Source: Eledone cirrhosa (lineage: Eukaryota). Taken from it: a DNA stretch of 64,000 nt. The position numbers and the translations under genes are program-made. Below, in pieces: positions 51,744 through 64,000 of this stretch (its first letter is position 1; each line of letters begins with the position of its first letter). The notes beneath the pieces were generated by a model. The model was not told the DNA's origin. It was given only the letters and a program-made list of their open reading frames with translations, and made no database searches. Location: NCBI GenBank assembly GCA_964016885.1, contig OZ024740.1:115816001-115880000 (forward strand), read 5' to 3'.

Positions 51744-52635
51744 TCTGAGGTCAATATAATAGACTCCCACCATGCACACATACGGCAGGCTATCTATGTT
51801 AGAAATTATTATCATATATTCCTGAGAGTGGTGGTTTAGCAGAATTGTTACAGTGGCAGGTAAATGCTTTCCGACATTTTTTTCGGAATCTTTAGGTTTT
51901 AATTTCAAATCCCAGAGGGCAACTTTGAATTTCATCCTTCCGATGATAATAAAAAAAAGTACCAGCCAAGTACTGGGGTCAACACCACCGACCCCCCCCC
52001 CCCCCAAAAGAAATTGCTGGTCCTATGTCTAAATTAGAAAACAACATAGGATACATCAGTCGAAAGTCGATCGACAAGATCCTAGACCTCGTCAAATCGA
52101 ACCGAGGAAATAATGTTCCCATTGGTCTTTCCAATTGCTATTATTCTCTACTGGTCGCAAATCCAGGCAGAAGGAATGAGCAACGTGAAATAAAATGTCT
52201 TGCTCTAGAACATAACATCCTGTCCGGGAATTGAACTCACAACCTCAAGATGGCATACACAATTCTCTAACCACTCAGCCACGCACCTTCACATAATTCT
52301 TCCGTAAAGTTTGGTGAGTAACTGGACTGTTTCAGTCCCGTCAACTGGCAAAGATCAGTCTTAATCCACACTGTGTCAGAATGAATCTCCACGAGATTTT
52401 CTTTAAAGGTACACGCGGCCGTGAAATTATCAGGCATTTGCATTCACGATCAGGCTGTTCTAATGTTTGAACAATTGGAACACCCATCGTCGGAACTGAC
52501 AGAGGTCCAACAGCAAAAACACATTTTTATGTGCTTTGAGAAGTTACATAACGAGGTACTGCCTGTTATCAAAGGAGATTATATTTCAACACACACACAC
52601 ACACACGCGCGCGCGCACACACACACGCACGCACG

Positions 52636-52669
<34 letters not shown>

Positions 52670-52820
52670 TGATGAGCTTCTGCAGTTTACGTCTACCAAA
52701 TTCCACTTACAACGTATTGGCCAAGCAGAGGTTAGAGTGGAAGGCATTAGATGCTGCAAAACGGGACTGAACTCAGAACCATGTTGCGAAGCAAACTCCT
52801 TAACCACACACTCGTATATA

Positions 52821-53228
52821 TCTATATATCTAAAACAGAGAATAATGTGTCTGTCTGTCTGACTCCCCAAAACCGGAGAACCACCCAACCGATTGTTTTC
52901 AAACTTTACACATGTAATACTTATGGTTCTGTGAGTGTTTTGAGCAAAAACTATTTCAAATGTTCAATGCCCTAGGGACCGCATTAGGCGATTTAGCGAT
53001 TTTTTAGTTTCAGAAGATCCCGTTAAGGTTGAAAGCAGCGATTCTTTGCTTAAACTTTAATCTGTTATTTTAATATATATATATATATAATTATATATTC
53101 ATGTACAGATATTTTTGCATACACAATAACAAAATATAAACAAACGTATTTATTTCACGAGGCTCGATAAGGAAAAATATATAAGAACCCTACAGAAAAT
53201 CCCGAGCAACGCCGGGCCATTCTGCTAG
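52821..53228 (+). mobile_element. Non-autonomous Helitron, unit 1
   Basis: 5' A|TCTATATATCTAAAAC with (TGTC)n. 3' hairpin CCCGAGCAACGCCGGG, then CTAG end. Confidence 0.85.
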
Positions 53229-53668
53229 TCTATATATCTAAAACAGAGAATGTCTGTCTGTCTGTCTGACTCCCTAAAACTCGAGAACCACCCAACCGAT
53301 TGTTTTCAAACTTTACACATGTAATACTTATGGTTCTGTGAGTGTTTTGAGCAAAAACTATTTCAAATGTTCAATGCCCTAGGGACCGCATTAGGCGATT
53401 TAGCGATCCCTCTCTATAATTCTTAGTCTTTCTTTTTAGATAGATATGTAGATATAACGTTGCACCCTTATAATATCTGTATGTCTGGGTGTCTGCATTA
53501 CGACATTATGACGCTATATGTGTGTGTGTGTATATATGTATATATAGTGTGTGCATATATATATAGTGTGTGTAACGTTTTTCGAAATATTTACTTCTGC
53601 GTTCACAGATTGATTTTTTTAGTTTCAGAAGATCCCGTTAAGGGTGAAAGCAGCGATTCTTTGCATAA

Positions 53669-53726
<58 letters not shown>

Positions 53727-53975
53727 TATATTCGTGTACAGATATTTTTGCATACACAATAACAAAATATGAACAAAAGTATTTATTTCGCGATAAAGTA
53801 TTGATTTTCTTCGAAAAACCCCTGGTAATCTGCGACGAATTTTTTTTATAAGCACAAAGTGTAGACACCACCCGAGGCCGAGGTATTCCGTACTTCTCTG
53901 TATTGTTTCAGAAAGGAGGGATGAAAATGCCAATCTATGTTTAGAATCCCGAGCAACGCCAGGCCATTCTGCTAG
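53229..53975 (+). mobile_element. Non-autonomous Helitron, unit 2 (head-to-tail with unit 1)
   Basis: First ~180 bp nearly identical to unit 1. Same 3' hairpin and CTAG|T end. Confidence 0.85.
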
Positions 53976-54001
53976 TATATATATATATATAATACAAGGA
54001 A

Positions 54002-54043
54002 GAATGGTTACTCCTTCATTACGTAATGAAGGAGTAACCATTC
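54002..54043. repeat. Perfect 42-bp palindrome without spacer
   Basis: GAATGGTTACTCCTTCATTAC|GTAATGAAGGAGTAACCATTC. Confidence 0.95.
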
Positions 54044-54054
54044 GTTATTGTATT

Positions 54055-54242
54055 GGTGGATTGGCAGTATCGGTAGAGTGTCGGATGCCATGCTTTTCAG
54101 CATAGTTACGTCCCTTTACGGTCTGAGTTCAAATCCCGTCTAGGTTAACTTTGCCTTTCACCCTTACGGGGTCGATAAAATAAAGTACCAGTAATACACT
54201 GGGATAATTGCTGGTCTTGTGTCTATAGTAGAAACAATTATT
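54055..54242 (+). mobile_element. tRNA-SINE family A
   Basis: Full-length copy. Confidence 0.85.
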
Positions 54243-54342
54243 ATATTACACTCGGTCTAGCTCTACACCTCGATACTGACGTGAACCTAAACATCGAGTG
54301 CTCACCCGGGTGAACCTACAGTAACTCCGTGTTACACTCCCT

Positions 54343-54372
<30 letters not shown>

Positions 54373-54377
<5 letters not shown>

Positions 54378-54497
54378 AACCAGTAAGACCCCGACAGCTG
54401 AGCTCAAGCCGTTTCGACGGCTAATTCTGGACTCTGAGTCCAGAATTAGCCGTCGAAACGGCTTGAGCTCAGCTGTCGGGGTCTTACTGGTTCCTAT
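54373..54497. repeat. Perfect 125-bp palindrome (62-bp arms, 1-nt loop), PLE-terminal-like
   Basis: Centred at 54435. Each arm carries the 3' half of a hammerhead (GAAACGGCTTGAGCTCAGCTGTC). (TA)n on the left. Confidence 0.9.
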
Positions 54498-54573
54498 TAC
54501 CCACTCTACTACCTCAAGTATTGAGTACTTTGGTGCGTTATGGTCCACCTGGTTCCTTACCACATTTCCTTCG

Positions 54574-54629
<56 letters not shown>

Positions 54630-55194
54630 CCGTGTGCGTGTGTATATGTATGACTTATATGAATATGTCTATGTGTATGTACATGGGATTTATATGCGAA
54701 AGTATGTATACACATGACATAGACGTACTATCTAACCTATTATTGAAAGTCTTGCCACATATTTCTCATTTATATTTCTCCGTCTCTCTTGTTTTGTTTA
54801 TGCGAATTAGTTTTCTTTCTATTTTTTAATTAATAAAAGTAATTTTGTGAATATGATACCGACACGTAAAATATTGATGTAAAAGTTGAATAAGTATTTT
54901 AAAAATGTTAACACATACACACATTTTAAACATACACATTATATACACATTGTTTGGCCATATATATCATATATACACTGTATGACCTATCATTTAGATG
55001 CCATCATTACTTGTTGCTTTTTCTGTTGGAGATAATAAATAACAGACTGTTGTTTAAGTGAAACAGTAGAACCTGAAGAAACTAAAGCGTGTGCTTATTA
55101 TGTTGGTAAATATTAAGTGCAAAAAGGTTCACATCTGGGATAGAAGTAGGACTGGCGCTTCCATTAAAGCCAACTAGATAGATAGATATATATC

Positions 55195-56029
55195 TTTTTT
55201 TATTTGTCACAGGGGCGCACAAAAAATGGGACATTACAAGACGTGACGGCAGGGGTTTTACATAAAAATCATATAACTTTAACATTAATAAATAACAATA
55301 AACTATATATAATAAAATAACAATTGAAATCCTTAATAGGGGGAACGTTACTGCAGGGTTGTTTTACACCCCGTGGATAGAACAACCCTCAACACCAGGA
55401 ACACGTTTTGTAGGTGATCCTGTCTTCCCTCTGTTTATCTTCCTCAACCTACAGGTTTATATACAGAGAAGGCCCATTCGCCCGGGCCATTTTCGCCACA
55501 TTCACCCACCTTTCAGCGAATTTATTGGGGTGTAGCACCTCTCTCTTCACTCTCACCTTCCTTCTGAAGTGATACTTAAAGAAGGGGATAAGTTGTTGTC
55601 CTGAGGGAAAGGTGTTTTCCCTCAGTCCTTTTAACCTCGTCCACCATATTACCTCTTTCGCCATAGCCACCAGACAGAGGAAAACCGCCTCTCCTTCATT
55701 CTTAAATGAAGGTGGCGGGGTGATCCTCACGATGGACTCGGCTGACAATTGGATGCGTCCCACACGTGGCAGTAGCTGTTCGACATAATTCCACAGGTCG
55801 GTCACTCCTGGGCACTGAACAATTGCGTGCAGAACGGTTTCGATGTCCTGCTCGCATCTTGGACAGGTCCTTTTGGCAGGATCTCTGCCAGGGCGTCCGT
55901 GCCTGTAGATTTTATCTCGAACTGGTAGAGCTCCTCGGTAGCACTGCCAGGCCAGAGACCTCTCGAAGTTATCCATAGGCCCTGGACAGAAAGTCCTCCC
56001 GAACAGACTGGTCAGTTCGTCCTCCTCGA
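55195..56029 (-). mobile_element. Tx1-like LINE copy 2, short 5'-truncated 3' end between (GATA)n tracts
   Basis: EEDELTSLFGRTF..CPRC..ETVLHAIVQC..SLYINL, plus a 3'UTR with AATAAA. Confidence 0.92.
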
Positions 56030-56263
56030 TGATAGATAGATAGATAGATAGATATAGACAGATGGATAGATATAGATAGAGAGATAGAGATAGAGAGATT
56101 TCTTTATTTGCCACAAGGGCGCACAAGAAATGGGACAATACAAGGACATATGGCGGGGGTTTTACATACAATCGTGTAAAAAGAGTAAAATTATAACATT
56201 TAAAAAATTTAACATTCGAAATCCCCAATAGAGGGGAGGCGTTACAAATGGGTTGTTTTACAC

Positions 56264-58554
56264 TTACTTACTTGTACTTGTACTTGTGTCGACATTCACC
56301 CTGGACGGGTTGAGCCGGCTTCTTCCCTTGACCTGACGGCATCTCGAACCATGGCAGCCCACGCACGACGGTCCCGGGATAGGTCACTGGAGATAGCGAG
56401 CCAGTCACGGTTCCATCGGCGCAGGCCGACCACCTGCGGACCTGAGAGTTCGGAGAGGTTCTCCTTGATCGTCGTTGCCCAGGTCTTCAGCTGCTCGCCA
56501 ACGCGCTTGCGCCAGTTAGGGAGTGGAGGTGGGAGGAGAACATTGCGAATCAGCTCACCCTCAGGGCGCCGGGTTGCGTGACCAAACCATCTCAAGCGCC
56601 GTTGCAGAAGCACTGAAGGAAGGGGTCGAAGATTTAGACGAAGACGAAGACTGGTGGTAGGTACCCAATCAACGCGTCGGCAGCGAAGAATGCGGCGGAG
56701 ACAGTCATTGTCGAAGACCTCCAGCCCTCGTTGATCGACTACCCTCATAGGCCATGTTTCACAGCCAAAGAGGAGGATAGTGAGAACGACGGCCTGGTAG
56801 ATTCGCCCTTTGGTCGCCGAGGTGATCTCTCTTCTGTCCCACAGACACCGCTGGAGGCGTCCAAAAGCGGATCTAGCAGCACCTATGCGACGCTTGACCT
56901 CGGGTGGGCCCTGTCCCGTTGGAACCACTGTTGAGCCCAGGTAAACGAAGGACTCCACATCCTCCAGGTCCACGCCCTCGAGAGATATTGGCTGCCAGGC
57001 ATCAAGCGTGACCAGTGACGTCATGACTTTCGACTTGGCGGCATTGGTTTGTAGACCAACAGCGGCAGCTGCAGTGTGCACCCTTTCGAGAGCACCTTGT
57101 ACATCTGTCCCGTTAGCGCCCATCAGCACGATGTCATCCGCGTAGGCCAGGTCCGTCACCACGACTCCTCTCCCGACCTCTACGCCCGGGTAATCAACGC
57201 ATCCCTTCCCCGGACGGAAGCCGCCCTGAGAAGGACGGGTACAGACATCACGGATGGACTGGAACCTCTTCAGCAGAAGAATTGCGAAGGTTTTGGCAGC
57301 AATGTCAATTAAACTGATACCCCTGTAGTTGGAACACAATTTCCTGTCGACTTTTTTTAAGAAGGGTAGGAGAGTTGCCTCGCTCCAGTCACCAGGGAAC
57401 CGTTCCGTCGCCCACACCGAGGAGAAGACTCGATGGAGCCAAGCTGCGAAGACTTCAGGCTTGGCCTTGTAGACCACAGCTGGAACGCCATCTTCGCCCG
57501 GCGCCTTGTTGTTCCGGAGATGTGTCAGGACACTACGTACCTCCTCGACCGTTGGAGGGGCAGTGCTGCACCCGTATTCTTCTCCGGAAGGCTGCAAACA
57601 ACCATGGATGGCGTCCCCTCCAGTGATGTTCTCATTGTCGCTGGGGACTGGAATGCGCGGACGGGGCCGGCTGATGATACAACATGGCACATTCTAGGAC
57701 GCTTCGCCCTAGGCGTATGCTGTGACAATGGGGAACGGCTCGTGTCATTCGCGGATGCCATTCGTCTTATCGTCACCAACACCCGGTTCCAACATCCTCA
57801 GCGTCACCTCGTCACGGGGCGATCCAATGACAGAAGAACGGCCAATCAGATTGACTACATCCTGGTCAGATCTCGGTGGGCCAGCTCAGTGATGGACTCG
57901 CGTGCGTATCGGGGGGGGGGGGGGGCTCATTCGGGCAGTGAGCATGTGTCAGACCATACTCTTGTTCGAGCAACCCTTCGTCTGCGGCTGCGGGCGAAAC
58001 CTCCTCCCAACCGCCAGAAAAGGGTCGACATCTCGCGACTCAAGCTCGATGCTGGAAATACTTGCCGGCTAGAGCTGCGAAACCGATTCCAAATGCTGAG
58101 TAACGGAGTGGAACAGCAACCGGAGCAGGAGTGGAACGCGCTCAGGGCGACGACGGTTGAGGTGGCCAGAGAGCATCTAGGGTCGACCCAAAGCCGCCAT
58201 CGAGACTGGATCTCCGGCGGGACTCTTGAACTCGCGGAGAGGGCGAGAGTGGCCCGACTCGAGGGTGCACCCAATCTTTGAGATCTCCGACGTCGCTCAT
58301 CTCGGGCTATTCGGGCCGATCGGAATGCCCACTGGCGCGAATTTGCAGAGCAGACGGAGAGGGCAGCAGTCTGCGGTGACTCGCGCAAGCAATACCAACT
58401 GGTGAAGCGGGCCAGCCGAAGCAGTACGGGTATCAGCTAGACGATCCGTGATCGGGACGGGGCGGTCATTACCAATATTAATGACCGGCTAGTCCGATGG
58501 CGGGACCATTTCTCTGAGCTGCTCAACCATCCGCCACTACCCACGCCAACCTAC
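56264..58554 (-). mobile_element. GC-rich RTE-clade LINE with 5' inversion and 12-bp TSD
   Basis: TSD GTTGTTTTACAC at 56252-56263 and 58555-58566 (single in the uninterrupted copy at ~55359). Tail (GTACAA)n(GTAA)n. RT on minus (KAPGEDG, NYRGISL, LAYADD, FVYLGS, RRLRWFGH). APE on plus (VAGDWNARTG, QIDYILV, SDH). Confidence 0.93.
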
Positions 58555-58644
58555 GTTGTTTTACACCCCGTAGATAGAACAATCCTAAATTCCAGGAGTA
58601 TGTTTTGCAAGTGCGCCTTTCTTCTTTTCACTCTCTTCCTCAAC

Positions 58645-61600
58645 CTACAAGTTTATATTCAAAAAGGCCCAATCGTTCGGGCCATTCTCGCCACATTCAC
58701 CCATCTTTCAGTAAATTTACTGAGGTGCAGTACCTTTCTCTCCACTCTGATTCTCCTTCTGAAGTGGCATCTAAAGAAGGGAATGAGCTGTTGTCCGGAG
58801 AGAAAAGCATCTGTCCTCAGTCCTCTCAATCTCGTCCACCATATTACCTCTTTCACCATGGTCACCATACAGAGGAAAACCGCCTCTCCTTCGTTTTTAA
58901 ATGAAGGTGGCGGTTTGATCCTTACTATGGATTCGGCAGCCAACTGGATTTGTCCCACACGCGACTAGTAGTTCTGCGTAGTTCCACAGGTCAGTTACGC
59001 CCGGGCAGTGAACAATTGCGTGCAGGACGGTTTCAATGTCCTGCTAACATCTTAGACACGTACTTTTCGAAGGATCCCTGCCAGGGCGTCCGTGCCTGTA
59101 GATCTTGTCGCGTGCTGGTAGAGCTCCTCGGTAGCACTGCCAGAGCAGAACTTTTGGAAGTTGTCCATAGGTCCCGGGCGGAAAGTCCTACCGAACAGAC
59201 TGGTCAGCTCGTCTTCTTCGACGCCCAGAGTCTCTCCGAGAACGTCGTCGCACTTATTCCGTACTAACCTTCTATAGAATGTAGAAGTGGAGTCTCCACT
59301 GATTGCTGTGCCCTCTTGACAGAGGACTGTGAGCGTCTGAGCCCATTCGATGTGCCAGGCGCCCATTTTCTTTGGTCTCTGCTTGACCCAGGACTGCAGC
59401 TCCGTCAGCGAGACAAGTTGCGGAAAGGCTTGTCTCTTAAACGGGGCCCACACCGGGTGGTCGGTGAGGAATACCTGGAGATGCCGTACCCTCAGTGCGT
59501 GTTTGCGCATCATCAGCCACGGCATTCCCTGCCCTCCGTTGGAAGGGTGCTGGCAGCAAACGGATCTCCTCACCAGTGGAGCCTGTTTCTTCCAAAGGAA
59601 TTGGAAGAGGATGCGTTCCATTTTGGTGAGGTTTTCACGGGGACAAGGCACGACGGTTAAGTGGTAGTAGATGACGGACGCTATGAAAGCGTTCGCCAAC
59701 TCTGCTCGACCTTTCAAGGATAGTTTTCACTCTGCCCACTTCTGGGTGAGCGCAAATACCTTGGCCGTGACCTCGTTCCAGTATTTCTCCACCTGGAGGT
59801 CCGGACCGAACGAGACTCCAAGCAATTTCACCGGTACTTCCGTCCAGCGTCCAAAGACGCTGTCGGACGAAATCGGTCTGCCTCTCCACGCACCGAGTTG
59901 CAAACCGACAGACTTGTCCGGGTTTAGTTTTGATCCTGTAAGCCTTCCGTATTCCTTTAGTAAGTTGCCGATCGCTCCGATTTCCGAGGTTGTCGACACC
60001 ATTACTGTCACGTCGTCGGCATAAGCCGACGCCGCTTTTGCAGCTCTGGTTCCGAAGGGATACCCTACAAAACCTCCCACTTCCACAGTAGTGGCTCGAG
60101 CGTCAGTACGTACAGAATGGAGCAGAGAAGGCATCCTTGTCGGATGGAGCGCGTGATTTGGAACGGCTCCGATAGGTAGCCGTTCACCTTGACAGTCGAG
60201 CAGATGTTGGTGTGCATGGCTGTGATCCAGCCACTGAAAACGGGTCCGAAATCGGCCACCTTGAGAACTGCTTCCAAGTATCGATGGTCGACCCCCGCCT
60301 TAGACTGACCTAAATTGATCAGAGCCCACAGAAGCCGGGTTTACACCCTACCCTCTCTATGATGTATCGCATGAGATGGAGTTTATCGTGTATGGATCTG
60401 GTTGAGATTGCACACGTTTGTGCCTTTGCCACCAGGTTCTCGACGACAAGCGCCAGCCTCGTTGCTAACACCTTGGCCAAAATCTTTAACTCTGTGTTTA
60501 GGAGAGTTATGGGACTGAAATTGCTTATTTCATCCCCTTTGTTCTCATCTTTCCTGATCAGCGTTACTACACCCCTGCCTACAGAACTGGGAATTCTTCC
60601 GTTCTGCTGTCAGAGAACAAGTCCGGCATGCCTATGTAAAATTTATAGGGTAGACTATCTAGACTGGGTGATTAGCGTTTCCCGCTGCGGCCTAGAGCGT
60701 CCCGTATCTCAGCGGCTGTGATCGGTTTTTCACAGAACTTCGCGTCCATGCTCGAGAGTCGCGGTAGGCCGTCGAGGTCTGAACCAAAGTCCATTGCCTT
60801 GTTCGGCGCACCGCTCTGCCCGAACAGTTGTGCAAAGTGCTGCTGGAAGGCCGTGCACATCTGCTTGGAATCAAATAGCACGCGTCAATTTTGGTCTTTC
60901 AAAGACCGAATCGTGGACTTGTTGCCACTTTTTGCCTCTGCCACTCGGGCCCAGCTAACAGCTTTTGCTCCCTCGTTTCCTAAAGCACGTGATCTACTCC
61001 TGACAACGCATCCTTCGTGTTTCGCGTCGAAGAACTGGTCCAGTGCCGTTCTCGTTGCTAGCACGCTAGCTGCGTTGCCACTCCTAAGCGCCTCTTCAAA
61101 TTTAGCTACTAGTTCTTTTTTTATTTTATCTTTTTCTAAAGCTAGCTCTTTGCTAAAAGCTATGGATTCTAATTTAATTCCTCTCATGAGAGAGCACCAC
61201 GACCTACTGTTAACGATGGCTCCCCTGTCAACTGGTGCTTAACTAATCTACTTATCCGTCTACTGAAGGCTTTACGCGTCGGTAACGACATGTTCAGCTT
61301 CCAGTATCCGGGTCCCTGTCATGCGTTCTATCATGGTTGACTATGCAGGTACGAATAGGCAACCATATACATGTGGTCCGAATAGGCAACCATTTAGATG
61401 TGGTCCGAATAGGCAACCATGTACATTTGTGGACAGCGTAACATTTTCTTGTCTTTCTCTCTAATTATGAATCTGTCTAAATACGATTTAGATGTCCCAC
61501 TGCGATTCGTCCACGTCCACTGTGGTGCAGTTGGGAAATCTAGTCGATATCTATCGGCCAGTTGGAATTGGCCGATTAAATCTTTGAGGCTGTTGCACCC

Positions 61601-62079
61601 ACCTCTATTGAGATATGTTGCTACATAGTTCCAACGTGCATCCAGGATACCATTCCAGTCCCCCACTAAAAGCAAGGAGCGAGACGTTCCCAGAAAAGAC
61701 TCTAGACGCTTAAAGAAGTCTGGTCGCGATGTCCCAGTCGGGGCATAAACGGTCACCAGTCTAAAGGCTCCACCTTTACCACTGTTCATGTCTAGGACCA
61801 CCAGTCTACCCCCCGGGTCCAAGTATGTTTCCTGTATTTCGAGGTCCAGGTTTATCCGAAACAAAACAGCCACTCCTCCTCCACCTCATGGCTGACAGAG
61901 AGATGCGTAGATCTCAAAGTCATCGAAGATGAGGTTAATTGCTGCTTGGTGTGGCTCCTGGACACGCTGATGGCTATCACATCTATACAATGTGACCTAA
62001 GGTCGTTTAAAAGTTGGCCCTGTTTCCAGGGCATCCCTAGGCCACGCACATTCACACTTCCAACTCGCATATTTGCCAT
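58645..62079 (-). pseudogene. Tx1-like ORF2 (APE plus RT plus Zn) with many disruptions
   Basis: MANMRVGSVNVRGL, GRLVVLD, VYAP, LVGDWN, SYLDRF, SDH; RQGC, AYADD. Confidence 0.9.
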
Positions 62080-63900
62080 GTTGGTGAAGAAGAGTTGGTG
62101 AAAAGACGAAAAGATGCACTTACAGTTTCGTTTCCTGGAGATCGGGTTGTTCGATCTCCATCTGGGTGTTGCTGGAGGTGTTTACTGGGGTGAGGAAACA
62201 TTTCAAGAGGACGCGGTTTATGGGTTTCTGGCATGGGTTTCCGACGTCCTGCGAAAATTGGTCTTTTAGTGTGTTGTATGTTTCCTTGGGAACCCTTATT
62301 AGTTTTAGGTGTGGTGCTGATTCCGTTTTTGTGCAAGTTTTCCCCTCAGTCTCCACTTTGGGGTCTTTTGGAGATTACTTCCATTAGATTTTTGTTGTTT
62401 GTGTTTATATATGTGTATTGTTGTTTGATTTTTTGTTGTGTTGTTTTTGTTTGTTGTTCGTTTTGTAAAATTCTTTTGATGGTGGTCATTTATGCTTGGG
62501 GTGGTGTTGGTGTTTGTTTTGCTGGTCTGGGGTTTTGATTGTGGTAGTGTTTGTGTTGTTGTTTGTGCTAGTGGTTGTGTGTTTGTGTTGGTGGATGGTG
62601 TTTTTGTGGTTTTGCAGTGTCTTTTTTTTTGTTTTTTTATTTATTTCTGAGGCTCTCCTTCATCTTCGCTTGGGGATGGAAAGGTTGCCTCACCTGATGA
62701 TTTGTCCTCAGGGGTGTGTAGGAGGGGTATGTTGTGTGGTGATGGGATGTTTGTGTGTGTGGTTGTGGTAGTGTTGGATCGAGTGTTGGATGGAGTGGGA
62801 TGGGATGGGACTGTGTTTTTCAGGGGAATTGTTTGTGTCTTTTCTGTTGTTTGTGGTTGTGCAGTTGTTAGTTTTTGTGTATTTGCTTGTTTTGTGTGTT
62901 GTTGTTGTGGTTTTAGTGTTGGTGTTGGTAAAAGTACTTTTTTTGTTAATGTTTATTCGTAACGGACAGGAGGCCTTTAAATGCGATATGCTAAAAGAAC
63001 GAAAACAATGTGGCCTTACTCCTTCAGTCGAAATGTTGATGTGATTAGTATTGTCAACTGGTACTCTCTTCGGAATTTTCGAAATTCTTTCTGGTCTCAT
63101 TTGGACCAGAAATTCCAGATTAGTGCCATTCCAGGTGTTCCTGATTGATTTTCTAATGGAGAGGATGGTGTCCTCTCCTTCCGCCAAGAACCCTGTCAAA
63201 ATCCAATATCCAAAATATTTATTATGTTCGAAATTTTTATTTTTTGTGTCCTTTTTCTCATGTATGTAGGGAAAAAGGTGTGTTTTGCTGAGGTGACCGG
63301 AGTCACAGAGTATCTTTGTGCAAGGGCTTCATTTTTGAAAAGCACCGAAATGCTTCCGTATTGTTTGGCCCTTTGCATAAAGTCAATGTCCGGCAAAGCT
63401 TCCTTCAAGACTGTTTCAATCTCGCCTTGAGTGAGGAATGTCGTTTTTTTTTTTGTGGTGTTGGAGATTGTCCTGAAAATGACTGTCTTGCGAAGAGTCT
63501 GAGCTTGAATTTCGGGGGGTGAATTTATTTTAAACCCACCCTTTTCTGCAAACGTAATGTGTTTTCTTCCTTCACTGATCATTTCTTTTGCATGAGAAAT
63601 GTCTAAGTGAATGAAGTGTTATTGACTAGCTGCAGTTTCAGCAAAAGATTTTTTCTTGTTGTTGTTGTTGTTGTCTTCAATTGTTGTTTCGTTTTTGGTG
63701 GTGAAATTTGTCTGTATAGATGTGGTGTTGTTTTTCCTGTTTAGTATCTGGTATATTTAGTGTAACATCATTTTCTTTACGAAAATTAAACATATTGTTG
63801 CCGTCAACAGACGTTGCTATGGCAGCATCTCTAGAGGCAGACGAGTTGTTGACGTTCAAGTGTACACTCCCCTGCCTATCTGTAGTAGCAGTTTCTAGCG
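62080..63900 (-). pseudogene. Tx1-like ORF1 (RRM-like region, degenerate Zn knuckle, T/K/N-rich linker)
   Basis: Frameshifted ORFs 63677, 63196, 62708 and 62120. RPHCFRSFSISHLKASCP. Lies directly upstream of ORF2. Confidence 0.7.
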
Positions 63901-64000
63901 TTTCTTATTCACAGCTCATTTTTGTGTTGTGATTTTTAAAAACAATTTTGAGATTTTTTCAATTTAAAATTTCGCGCCTGGGGGAAGGGATGAGATGATA

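Larger units (their letters stand above)
56099..63985 (-). mobile_element. Tx1-like LINE copy 3, near full length (ORF1 plus ORF2, decayed), 3'UTR interrupted by an RTE
   Basis: 3' end at 56099 abuts (GATA)n. ORF2 is 62079-58645 and ORF1 is ~63900-62080. The 5' boundary is approximate. Confidence 0.88.

Overview
This is repeat-dense, AT-rich eukaryotic DNA, most likely cephalopod (Octopus-like). That assignment is inferred from the SINE families, the (TA)n/(CA)n/(GATA)n load and the transposon spectrum, and is not verified. There is no prokaryotic gene architecture, and most ORF-track entries are microsatellite artefacts. One probable host coding exon is present (48592-49531): signal peptide, acidic tract, several dibasic sites and a GT donor. 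The rest is a nest of mobile elements. (1) DNA elements: a Chapaev3/CMC-like transposon, a hAT MITE with an 8-bp TSD, a 2.3-kb hAT shell full of nested retroelement pieces, a mariner with long TIRs, and two tandem non-autonomous Helitrons. (2) Retroelements: Penelope-like elements (PLEs), CRE-clade 3' fragments, RTE fragments, many tRNA-derived SINEs, and three Tx1/L1-like LINE copies. The most notable observations are: (a) all resolvable ends of the Tx1-like copies lie in (GATA)n, suggesting a microsatellite-specific retrotransposon; (b) a GC-rich RTE with a clean twin-priming 5' inversion and a 12-bp TSD; (c) several distinct hammerhead-ribozyme-like motifs, including a recurrent CAGAAGA core variant, palindromic head-to-head copies, a retrozyme-like unit, and copies carried inside Helitrons.
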